Assembly: GCF_006345805.1 (NCBI RefSeq)
Contig: NC_043000.1
Coordinates: 75,950,001-76,014,000 of the forward strand
Source of the DNA: Octopus sinensis
Lineage: Eukaryota
Length of the DNA stretch: 64,000 bases
Direction: 5' to 3'
Of this stretch, positions 1 to 12,342 are shown one piece after another. Made by a program: the position numbers and the translations under genes. Each line of letters begins with the position of its first letter. The stretch's first letter is position 1. The notes under the pieces were generated by a model. It made no database searches and had not been told where the DNA came from. It saw nothing but the letters and a program-made list of their open reading frames with translations.

Positions 1-1259
1 GGTACACACTCTTCACCTGGGAAAGACTTTGCATTTGTGAGCATCTGTCTGTCTCGTTGCCTGGTGAGGAGGTAATCGATCTAGCTTATGTGCCCACCAG
101 ACTGATAAGTGATTTGCAATCCTGAACACCTCACGTCTCTGATCACCAGACTGACAAGTGATTAGGTAACTGGCTGATAAGTGATTTGTAATTCTGAACA
201 CTTCACGCCTCTGCCCACCAGACTGATAAGTGATTAGGTGGCTGACCGATTTGGGGTGACACCACTAAATAAGTCATCTTTCCTCTCTTCGTTGTAGCTG
301 CAGTAGACGAGGCCCTTGGACTTCAAATCCTTGAGCCTAAAGATCGTCGCAGCAACTGTTGACTGCAGAGTCCCAAGGTAGGCTTGTTCCTTCACCTGGA
401 TCTGAAATATAATATAATAATAATATAATATATTATTTATTTATTTATTAGCTTGGCATACTCCTTCATTAAGTCGATAAGCTGATCGTTAAAGTTGTTG
501 ACCTTCAAATGGGTCATGACTTTGTGGAGAACAGGCCACTTAGTCTCCAGGATGGTGTTCAGGACCACCACAGTCATAGGTGGAGTTTCACCTCGTCGTG
601 GGGACAACCAGCCTCCTCCCCACCTCAGCGCAGATGCTGTTTGCTACTACAGTGCTGCGATCTTTCTGGTTCCAGAGGTAAGTGACTTGGCCATGGCAGC
701 CCTATAGAGCCTCTTGAACACTGCATTCTTTTCACCTTTTTCTGGCTTTAAAAGCCTTTGAAAACCTAAAAAAGGGCCCAAACTATAAAATCAGCCTTTT
801 TTAAGGTCTTTTAAAAGTTAAAACTATAAAACCAGCAGTTTTTAACTCTAAGTCAAAACCATAGTTTTGGGGTTCTAAAAAGCCCCCCCCCCCCCCCAAA
901 AAAAAATAATAATAAATAAAAGGGCTGATTTTAGAGTTTTGGCACTTTTTAGGTATTTTTATGTGGTTTAAGAGCAAAAACTAATTTTTTTTCTAGGATA
1001 AAAAATTAAAGAGTTAACTGATTAACGGAAGTTAAATGTAACGAAAGTTCATTAGTCCGATAATGATTTTGAAAGTTAACTTAGAAGTTAAATCATCAAC
1101 GAAGATGCTAACCTCGGATTAACGGTTTGGTGCCCAGGTTCGGCATACACACATACTTATATCAAAATATATTATATATACACACATACACATTATCACA
1201 CACACATAGAAAAATAAACACCATGATATAAGCAAACCTGGTAAGTGCACATACAGATA

Positions 1260-1286
1260 TGTACAAGGTTACACACACACACACAC

Positions 1287-1333
<47 letters not shown>

Positions 1334-1830
1334 CACACACACACACATTTACGTATGTATAAAAATATATATGTGTATATTTACGCTTTATACCGACAAA
1401 AATATACAGTTAAAAGGAGGTAACAGTGACACACGTGTGGGTGGCTGAGCTTTGTAGATGCCTACCTCTGCCACAACATTGTAAATAGGCTACAGGCAGC
1501 TGAAGTACCTTAATAGTTGACTGGCATTAAATATAGCGATACGAAAAATGTCGAAGTTAGTTGTAGCAGGTTTTAAAATAGGAATAGTAAGGGACATAAC
1601 TGAGGCGAGTTAGTTAATTGGCTGTCGGAGCATTAACGGTTACACAATCGTGTGTATGTGTGAGTGCGTGTGCAAGTGTGTGTGTGCAAGTGTGTGCGAA
1701 TGTGTTTGTGTGTACATTTTTACAAGCATATGCATCCGCTTGCATATAAAAATATACTACATTCACACGTAACCATACATACGTACAAACATATATACGT
1801 ACATGCATACATACACTCATACATAAACAG

Positions 1831-1866
<36 letters not shown>

Positions 1867-1867
1867 C

Positions 1868-1942
<75 letters not shown>

Positions 1943-2051
1943 CGTAGATAAGCTGAGATGGATTTTAACAGCTTCTGGCGAATTTTACGTGAGCCCTTCG
2001 CATGGTTATCTAATATTTATCTTAATTTTGTGCAGATGAGATAGATAGAAG

Positions 2052-2133
<82 letters not shown>

Positions 2134-2165
2134 ATGAGAGAGAGATAGAGAGAGAGAGAGAAGTG
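1260..2165. repeat. Microsatellite cluster: (CA)n, (TA)n, (GATA)n, (GA)n
   Basis: Directly visible: (CA)n 1270-1346 and 1833-1864, (TA)n 1870-1939, (GATA)n about 2040-2132. Confidence 0.95.
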
Positions 2166-2455
2166 GATAGTTGTGAAAATGGTTGGAGGTAATGAGTGAC
2201 AGGCAGGGAGAAGGGAGGCAAGTGATGGTTAGAAGTGTAGGGAAGGAAGGGTCTTTTTAGGATCTAGAGAAGGAGATATCGACCGCACAACGATGGTAGG
2301 TGAAGTCGCACAAGGAAACGCCACGCTCCCCAAAATGCCCCATATTGTACAAAACCCTTTTTACACACCTTCCATTAATTCAATCCACGTATTTCAAACG
2401 ATAAAACAATCCATCAAGCAGCTGGTAGAAACATGAAAAGTGGTTACTTTTAGTT

Positions 2456-2517
<62 letters not shown>

Positions 2518-3369
2518 TATATATGTATGTATGTATATATATATATATACACATTCAGTCAATTCAAATAAACAAACAATTAAAACGAATATAAAACACG
2601 AAAAAACGAAACGAACGTGAGGCCGTGCACAAGAAATATATTAGCTTGACGCTCGGTGAAAGGAGAGTGTTTGACGTTTCGAGCATAGCACTTCGTCGGA
2701 AAGGAGAAAGAAGAAAATCTAACGGTGGAGAAGAAATTGCCAACGGCACACGTCTACTCACATTGTTATAAAATATATACTTGTTTGGATGTATATCTTT
2801 TAGGTCGATTGAACAAAATAATAGTGTTAATTGTGTTGCCTTTGCATATAAATGTGTACTCATGGCAACAAAAATCGCTCAACTTACTAAAAATAGCAGC
2901 CAAATATTACTCAAATTACATCCTTCAATCATTAAATTGGAAGGAATAATAAGACAATGAAGTCTTAGATAAATTATGTCTGGAATAAAAGATGGAACGT
3001 TCTGCTGAATGAAGGTAAGATTAAAACTATTTTAGAATACTTGCAGGAAAAGCTGTGTTACCTTAGTTACTGTTGATAGAACTGTACTTCCTTCTTCTGT
3101 AAAGTTAATTTAATTTAATGTAATGTAATATAATGTAACTACTTCGTACTGAAGAAATCCAACAAGATCGAGCTGGTTGCTCTATGTTAAGGACTCTTTT
3201 ATTAAAAGAAAGAAAATTTGATCGGATAAAAGCGTAAAGATATTTTTATTCCTTTAACGATAAAAATAAAGTAAGTTAGTAATATAGATTCTGACAAAAC
3301 AATTCTATCTAGTCCTTACTATCAGTGGCCAGGGAACAAAATTTGCTTAGGGGGTGCAAACTCAGTTCC

Positions 3370-4046
3370 AAAATTTGGCACTACTGGAGAAGTGTGGATC
3401 CGAGTTCTGGGAGTGTGCAGGTCACAAATTTGCGCATGCGAGCGCGTTAATCGTAAGTAGTCGATTTTAGCACACAGGTAAACAACGAGACACGCGCTAC
3501 TTGCTGTAAATGGAGGGTGAATTATCCATCTAATACAAGAAGAAAATTACATATAAATTGAATAAAAACAAGAAAAATAACAAAATGATATTTCATTGAA
3601 AAGTAAATCATTCTGAAAGATAGTTCAGAATGTTTTCAAAACATTCATCTCCAGCTTTTCCCATATTTTATTAAGGGTTAGGGGTTAGGATTTTTTTTTT
3701 TTTTTTTTGTTATGACCGGGTCAAACGCTTAAGTTTGATCGTTTAGGGTTAAGGGAGCTGAATGTTTTTTTCAGTATTCAATGATTATTTTTCACTTTTA
3801 TATTCAATTTATCTGCAATTTTCTTTTTGTATTAGATGGATAACCCCGCTCCATTTACAAGTAGCGCACGTCCGTGCGCCTCGTTGTTTACCTCTGTGTT
3901 AAAATCAACTAGTAACGCACATCCGCGCGTCTCGTCGTTTGCCTTGTGAGCTAAAATCGACTACTTACAACTAACGCGCGCGTACAAATTTGTGACATGC
4001 GCATTCTCCGAACTCAGGTTCACACTTCTGTAGTACCCAAAATTTT
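3370..4046. mobile_element. MITE-like fold-back element with long (about 200-250 bp) imperfect terminal inverted repeats
   Basis: Left arm (aaaatttggcactac...tccatctaatacaagaagaaaat...aattgaata, 3370-3565) is the imperfect reverse complement of the right arm (tattcaatttat...tgtattagatggata...gtagtacccaaaatttt, about 3800-4046). No coding capacity. Confidence 0.75.
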
Positions 4047-4499
4047 TACAAACAAGGCGAAGTTTTCTAATTTGGGTATCAAAACAAACAAATGTTCAAT
4101 AATAATAACTTTTATTATTATAAGGATCGACTGGAAAATGAACACGCTGACCAATATATTCTCACGGAATGTGACCAAATGAAGTTCATTTTTAAATATT
4201 AGAATCTTTTCTGCTTGATTTCATTTTCAGAAATTTTAAAATTAAGCGAAAACTTTCAAATTTGATACATTGGTGTAATTTTTCACGTTGAATCTGATGC
4301 TATTCACTTATTCCAGAAAAAACTTTAGAAAACTGTGACAGAGGTTTAAAGTTTGATCATTTTCCCTCAATCAGAGAACAGGATGTGGAAGCTGGCGTTT
4401 TGTACAAGGTGACAACATTACAATGTTAAAACATTCAACGATAGAAGTTTTAATAAAGTTTTGTGAAATGTTGGATAAACATACTGTTGGTTTAGTTCA

Positions 4500-5070
4500 T
4501 GTGAACAATAAAAATTTTTGAAATTGGAACAAAATTGAGGCAATTGAAAAGTGAAAATCAAACAGAAAAGATCATCTACATACTTCTTTCAGTGATTCAT
4601 AGCTTCGATTGCCTTGTAAAAGAAGCTATCCTGTTAGTTAAACAAGTTTTCAACAGCTGATAAGACATCATCACTATGATATTGGTTCCTAACCGAGTAT
4701 TTTTTTTTATATATATGTAGGGATATAGATAATAAGATAAGGTCAAATCACTAAAGTAGGGAGGGTGACTTAGCAGTTCAAAGCCAATCACACACAGCAG
4801 CCATCGAAACCAATTACTTGTGCACTGAAGTATTTGTTTCAATGAAAGGAAAACATACTCCACAGTTTTCCTTGCATTTGGCCTTGATAGCCTTTCGCAA
4901 CTGCCTTAGAAAGGTGGCACAGTACAGCACTCTCCATTGATGGTGAGAGCGTTTTGAAAGTAGTCAATAAACACGATGCTTTTTGCAATCCAAAATACTG
5001 AGGCCATCACCTTCCCTGCAGATTAAACGATTTTGATGACCTTCTTTAGAGAAGTGTCTCCACGGTTAGA
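4500..5070 (-). mobile_element. Mariner (Tc1/mariner) transposase relic, catalytic and C-terminal part
   Basis: Minus-strand translation gives SAGKVMASVFWIAKSIVFIDYFQ...TINGE...LRQLRKAIKAK and GFELLSHPPYFSDLTLSYYLYP, a degenerate form of the mariner HPPYSPDLAPSDY motif. Broken by frameshifts. Confidence 0.85.
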
Positions 5071-5669
5071 TTATCTTTTATTCTCTAACTCAAAATGATG
5101 AACCCAACACATTTAAGGAAACCGGATTTGCCTCGAGCAATGTCAGATATTCTCGAAATGTCACCAGGGAGAGTGGAGACAAGGAAATAAAGGTAGACAG
5201 GATGTAGTTAACAGTGATAATAAGAGGAAGAAATGAAGATGAGTAAAGAGAGAAAAGAAGCAGATATGTGAAGAGAAAGACAAGTAGAAATAGATAGGGA
5301 ATGTTTTGCAAACAAGAGGGGAAAGAAGCCGAGAGGAGCAGGATAGAAAATTTAGACAATATCGGCCAGATGTTGACCGCTGAGTATGAACACATATTAT
5401 ATGTATATACATACACAGGCATAAAGAGTGAGATAGAGAAAGATTTTGAATTTCTGTTGAATACAACATGGCAGATGATTAAAAAGGGCAGACACAAGAA
5501 AGAAAAAAGAATAAAGTAAAGGACCACGTTTAAGGCCACTGAATTGTAACGAAAGAACTCTGGTCGAACAAAAACCTGAAAAACAAATAGTGAATATCAA
5601 ATAAATAGTGCTTGTGTTTTTACTGGCAAAACCAGCAACATAACCTCCCATCCAATATGTTTCAAAAGA

Positions 5670-5870
5670 CGACAGGCCATACTAGAGCACCGTCTTTTAT
5701 TTGAACAAATCAATGCCAGGAATTATTCTTTGGAAGCTTTGTATTTATTCTATCGCCTCTTTTTCCGAACCGCAAAGTTACAGGGGTATAACCGCATCAA
5801 CTATAGTTATCAAGCGATGGTGGGGTGACATACAGACACACAAATACATACATTCGTATGTATATGCGTA
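5670..5870 (-). mobile_element. SINE family 1, diverged 3' half
   Basis: Reverse complement resembles the 3' half of the SINE at 41747-42160 (gtaactt.gcggttcgg, gatagaataa, ggtgctc.ag.atggcc). Confidence 0.65.
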
Positions 5871-5912
5871 TGTGTGTGTGCTTGCATATGTACCTACCAC
5901 TCTGTGTGTGTG

Positions 5913-6017
<105 letters not shown>

Positions 6018-6163
6018 CGTCACATTTCTGTTACCTCATCAGTGTCTTTCGCTTTCCTCCTTGTGTTGCCTCTTTCTAATTATCCGCCTTGCGATTTGAC
6101 TCCTATGTTTATCAATATCAGCCCCAAGTGGGCAGATTTAGAAATCTATAATATACACACACA

Positions 6164-6216
<53 letters not shown>

Positions 6217-6221
6217 CACTG

Positions 6222-6360
6222 TAAAGTTGTTGGCGTTAGGAAGGGCACCCATCCACGGAAACCTTGTCAAACTAGATGGGAGCTGGTACCCCTTGGCCTC
6301 TGGCCCTGTCGAACCGTACAACCTATGCCAGTATGGAAAGCGGACGTTAAATGATGATGA
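6222..6360 (+). mobile_element. SINE or RTE-type 3' tail fragment
   Basis: ggcgttaggaagggca...gtcgaaccgtacaacctatgccagtatggaaagcggacgttaaatgatgatga; ends in a (TGA)n tail like the RTE fragment at 21590-21820. Confidence 0.55.
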
Positions 6361-6449
6361 ATATATATAATATTTTTAATGTATAATATATATATTAATG
6401 TATATATATATGTGCGTGCTTGTATCACACACACACTCTCTCTCTCTCC

Positions 6450-6535
<86 letters not shown>

Positions 6536-6608
6536 CTATACAGTAAAACTATATAACTCGAGGAGAGCTTACTCTACAGGTAGAGAAGTGGGTAAATATA
6601 AATAGACA

Positions 6609-6787
6609 TCGTAACGATACCAGCTACCAAATGGTTTCACGGCAAATTGGGGCCCCGAGTGACCTTAGTAAAGTCATTGGTGAGAATCCCGAGCCGATTA
6701 TCGGCTGGGATTCTCCCCAATGACTTTAATAAGGTCACCCGGGGCCCAGTTCGCCGTGGAACCATTTGGTAGCTGGTATCGTTACGA
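6609..6787. repeat. 179-bp near-perfect palindrome (hairpin; possible MITE)
   Basis: Arms of about 89 bp: tcgtaacgataccagctaccaaatggtt ... aaccatttggtagctggtatcgttacga; outer 28 bp perfectly complementary; 1-nt loop at agccgat-t-atcggct. Confidence 0.9.
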
Positions 6788-6788
6788 C

Positions 6789-6944
6789 TTTTTATTTTTT
6801 TTATTTCATCTAGTTTCAGCTCACGAGCTGTGGCCATGCCGAGGCACTGCCATGTTAAAAAAAGTTGCCAGCAGATGGTTATGGCATTCGAACCCATACA
6901 ACTGAGATACTGGCTGAGTACTTCACCATTAAGCTAAATGACCC
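6789..6944 (-). mobile_element. Short tRNA-derived SINE: tRNA-like head joined directly to a LINE-type 3' tail
   Basis: Minus strand has A-box-like TAGCTTAATGG, B-box-like GGTTCGAATGCC, then ggcagtgcctcggcatggccacagctcgtgagctgaaactagatgaaataaaa, nearly the same as the LINE tail at 15365-15440. Confidence 0.6.
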
Positions 6945-6956
6945 ACTCTGTCTATT

Positions 6957-7061
<105 letters not shown>

Positions 7062-9094
7062 ATATATCGTATATTTATAAAGAGGGAAAATTTAGCCATA
7101 TCTCCGTAGATTGAAAAAAAAAAGAACAACCTTAATCGAAGTAAAACCTTCGAGTATTGAAGACAAAGAATAAATAAGGAAGATCGCTGTGTTTCTACAC
7201 TTAGAATAAGTAAGACCAAAACAACATTTATAAGAAAGAAAATGATCACCATTTTGGTGGTTAGTTGAAAAAAAGAAAACATCACAAAATCTACCACTTA
7301 CTGAGACATAACTGAATTCAAAAAGTAGAGAAAATTTATTTTATAGAGAGTTGATATATAAAAATACTTTATAGGAGAAAATATATACAAAACGAATATG
7401 TAGATATGTAGGTGTTTTTCGCTAGAATAAAAAGATAACTCAACTTTTATTCATTAAAAATGTAAGCCTTGAGATAAGAAACCCACTTATCATCCAGTTG
7501 TGCTGAAATTGTTTCCAAAGCGCAAGTATTCGATGATGTGAATATTAAAATATTATTGAGTCATTTCGCGAGTGCCTTTTCAATCTTCCTCCTCTCTATT
7601 GATACATCCATATCGTATACGCACAGATATGTATCTTTGTATCGAATAGCTTCCTAGATTTTTAGCCAAGGTTCGAAGCCTAGCTTCTACCAGTTCTTTT
7701 CTATTGTTCTTGAATTTTTCACTAGGAAATTTATGAGAATCAGCTGTCTTGTTTATTTCAGGTTTATTGTTTAAGTAACTATTTCAAGTCATTCTTAGGT
7801 CAAGGCAGATAGGAACGGAAAATCCTTTGCTTAGTCTGACCTAATTTAGTCGGAAAAGTATATAAATACAGAACCCCAAATCGGTTTTACCTCTCTCGCA
7901 GGGCACCAGCTCTCAAAGACACATAACTGTTTTTCTTCATTCACTTGTGGCTTGTCACTCGGGACCATACAACTTTCACCCTCTCTACTTGTCAACCCAG
8001 AGAGGTAGACTCTCTTACTATGTCTCTCTCTCTCTCCTTTTCCACCCGTCTTAAGCAGTTACTCACAGATAAAGTTAACTACCTACAGAATGGATAACAG
8101 AATTGCAGATAATCATTGTACAACAACAACACGAAGACGTTGTCTCTTACATTGTGATGATGAAAATAAAGGGCCATTTCAACTAATATTTTTTTCCTCT
8201 CATTTACAAGTTGCATAAATCGATACATCTTCATAAAACTTTCAAGCATTGGCAGTATTTCTTTTCCTAGGACATGAGGGTCTTTCTCTAAACGAATAAA
8301 TTACATTGACATCAGGACCTTAAAAAAAGTCAATATTTTATATGAGTTTGGTGAAGCAGGTTATGAAGAAATTTGAACCCGAAACAATAGGACATGCAAC
8401 TGTTAGTAGTGTAAAGCATAAACATTTTGTTCTCTATTGTTTCTCTCAGTCACATCTTACTGATATCCTGTGAACAAGATCAATAAGAAGAAGAGCAACA
8501 ACAACAAAAATAATAACAATAACATGGACAACGACGACAACAATAACAAAATTTGCAATGACGACGACAACAACAGCAGCAACAACTGAGTTTGGTATGT
8601 AAGTAAATAAGAAAAATGCAAGGCCTTACAAAATGTTTTCTCACAAATCATACAAACTTTGCCATGAAAAAAATCCTGTTACCATCTGAGTTAATTATGA
8701 TTTGCAATTCAAATTTTGGAATATGTTGAATCATTTTGTTTATTGTTATTTGTAACGTTTTGTTTTAGAGCTTAATTAGAATACTGTGTTCTGTAATCTC
8801 TAAAGTTTCAGGACACAGAACAAACTGGTTTCCCAGAACGTCTTAATCTATTTTCTACTTCATGTGAGTAAATAGTTAAACTTATTTCTTATTCAGGAAA
8901 GAAAATTGCACTACTTGACATAATTAGCTACAATCAAAAATCACGTGTTTTTGCTCATTCTACTGTAACATATTTTTTGCTCATTCTACGTGTAACATAT
9001 TTTCAATCCTTTACTTGGCAACTAATCAGATCTTGATGCGTTTTTAAATATTTGGATATATTGAAAAAGCTTCATGTGTGTGTATGCATATATA

Positions 9095-9125
<31 letters not shown>

Positions 9126-10147
9126 CTGTTGTGTCTGGGGAGAGTAATTCTCTTTTAGTGCCTTATAATTTAACACACTCACCGGTAAAATTTCCACTTA
9201 TTTCCTTCTATATTTTACTAAAATTTTCGTTGCGTCTTGCAACCTTTTCAATAGAATCCCCGTCCTTTGCATCTTCGTCTTAGAGGGCTCAACACAAATT
9301 TAAGTCAGGTCTATCTTTTACCTTAAAAAATCACTTCACCTGTGCATCGAAGAACTTAATCAATGTTCCGAAATGTGGAGGATGTGGTGGAGACTACTAG
9401 GTCAAAGTAGTTTAACTTTGAGGGACAAACGGTGCATAGGCAACAAATTCGGGACCCCACGACTAGGAAAATTCCCGCAACCAAACACCTAGACCAATGC
9501 CCCGTGAACATAAGCCCGAAATACCAAATCTTCCCTCTCTATCAATGCACCGGAAGCACTTCAACCCAATTCCGTTTAAATAAAGAAAGCATACTCATTA
9601 AAAATATAAACCGCAGCTGAATATCTTTTAGAAAGAAGAAAAAGCACTAAAGAGAAAAAGGAAAAAAGACACACAAAAAAAAACTACCTGGAACAACAAA
9701 CAATTTTAGAAACTTTAATGACAGTCTTCCACCCGGGTTTCGAAACCACAACTCCAAATCACCATACAAATACCAGTTGCCGACGTCACCTATCTTTAGA
9801 CCAATGAAATTTTACAAACATCAGTTGCTGATGTCACTGAACTCTAGATTAATCAAAACCGAATTTCAGCAAATGCATCAAAATGACCCTTTAAGAGAAT
9901 CAACCAACCGAAACGACTGATGATCGTTCCCCACAGGGAAGCCAACCAGGCAGAACGACAAACTTGACCACCGGAAAAACAAGACGTCACTAGTACTTTA
10001 ACGAATCAAAAATGAGATCCGCCCGCGGAAAAAATTATAAATACACCGGATTCCAAAACACGCCGCTACAAGTGAAAGTTCCTACACACAACGGAAAGAG
10101 GATCAGAGAAATTGTAAACCAAATCTCTTTTTTTACTATCTTCATTT

Positions 10148-11448
10148 GGATCTTTTCTATTCTGAAGCCAGTTTTTTCAAATTTTTCCTACTGAACCAAA
10201 CAATTTGAAACTTCGTATACTGGTAGAATGTGTCAAAAGTAAACTTAATTGTAAGCCAGAATGAAAACGGAATTGTAACTTCTAAGTTTAACGTTGTTTA
10301 ATAATTAGAATTTTAACCAATGATATTCCGTCATTCGGCTTTATTTTATTTACTCCGTCTCGACCACCAATTTCGTGACGTATTAGACATCTTAAATGTA
10401 AACAAGCTATAGTCAGCCACCTTCTAATAACAAAAGTTTGTCTTTGAAGTTACCGTCTAGGGGAAGCATTGATGTACATGTGTGGTGTGTGGTTTGATGG
10501 GGTGTGGGAGACAGTATGTTGTGTAAGTGAAGTGCTTCTGTTAGTGTGTGTGAAGAGACAGAGAGGAGTAATGTGTGAAAGAGAGAGATAACTGAAATTT
10601 TTTACTGGTGTATGTGTATATGTATGTCTGCATGTATGTGTGTGTGTATGTATGTGTAAGTATGTGTGTGTGTGGTATGTATGTGTGTGTGTGTATGTAT
10701 GTATGGCCGATTCATCGTAATTACGATGAATCGGCCATACATACATAGATACATACACACACACAATACATGCAGACATACATATACACATACACCGAAT
10801 AAAAAATTTCAGTTATCTCTCTCTTTCACACATTACTCTCTCTGTCTCTTCACACACACTACAGAAGCACTTCACTTACAACATACTGTCTCCCACACCC
10901 CATCAAACAACACACACACACACACACATGTACATCAATGCTTCCCCTAGACGGTAACTTCAAAGACAAACTTCCCTCGTCATAAAATCGCTTCCTCTTA
11001 GTCTCTTTCGCTCTCATTACTTATGTAAAAAAATAAAAGTTTTTTACGGAAATCGACGGAAAACTTGTGCTACGACAAGCGAAACTTCGCCGAAATTTAA
11101 TATTAAAAAAGCAAAGAGCTGGCAGAAACGTTAGCACGCCGGGCGAAATGCGTAGCTGTATTTCGTCTGCCGTGTTTGTTTACAGTTTTCCGAACGTTAG
11201 TACGTCACAAAAGCGCTTTCTACGTCACACTAATAGAATGCAGTCAAGTTTTACACATGAAAACAAACAATCTGATTGGTTAAAATTCGCAGTTTTAATC
11301 TACGATTAAAGTCATAAAATAGATTTTTCTCAAATAAACTAGTTCCAACCTGTGTCTTGTTTTACTAGACTCTATCAGCATACGAAGTTTCAGATTATTT
11401 AGTTAAGTAGAAAGATCTGTGGTCCTGGCTTCAGAATAGAAAAGATCC
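10148..11448. mobile_element. Non-autonomous DNA transposon, Merlin-like, copy 1
   Basis: Perfect 24-bp TIR GGATCTTTTCTATTCTGAAGCCAG / CTGGCTTCAGAATAGAAAAGATCC; 8-bp TSD CTTCATTT on both sides; arms match the copy at 28873-29763. Confidence 0.85.
10434..10973. repeat. Internal fold-back inverted duplication of about 540 bp
   Basis: aagtttgtctttgaagttaccgtctagggg ... cccctagacggtaacttcaaagacaaactt; perfect central palindrome gtatggccgattcatcgtaattacgatgaatcggccatac near 10700-10740. Confidence 0.85.
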
Positions 11449-11818
11449 CTTCATTTCTCTTTTTTGTTTTTTCTCTCTTAACTCAGTATGACTGAAACTT
11501 TGATGATATTCATTTCTTGTCGATCACTACTAACACTAATAAGCTTTGTACATTCAAACAAATTGATGCACAGTTTTAATATTTATTGACTGTTATGAAC
11601 ATTTAAACTTGTCAACATCGAAATTCTTGAACACCTTTTTCTAATCCATAATTCTAAATTCGTCTGTTATGAACATTGGGACTTATAAAGATGCTTTTCT
11701 AATTCATAATTCTAAATTGATAAACAAAAAATATTGTTGAAACTAGTTTGGTATATATGTAAATAAATTTATTTTAAACAATTACAAGTTTTTCAAATTT
11801 AGGTGCATTTTCAACAAC

Positions 11819-12303
<485 letters not shown>

Positions 12304-12342
12304 ACAATTCTTAAGTTAGGAAAAATAAGCACTCATATTATA

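Noticed and set aside
495-707. Plus-strand 70-aa ORF with a gag|gtaagt donor-like site
   Set aside because: No recognisable product, no matching acceptor identified; the opposite strand looks more codon-like.
1162-2221. ORFs rich in CVCV, HTHT, YIYI, YLSI (also at 5.8-7.3, 11.8-12.3, 20.8-21.2, 47.8-50.9, 51.9-52.2 and 55.5-55.9 kb)
   Set aside because: Translations of di- and tetranucleotide microsatellites that lack stop codons by composition.
5090-5539. 149-aa hydrophobic ORF as a membrane protein
   Set aside because: Reverse complement of AG-rich low-complexity DNA; no recognisable motif.
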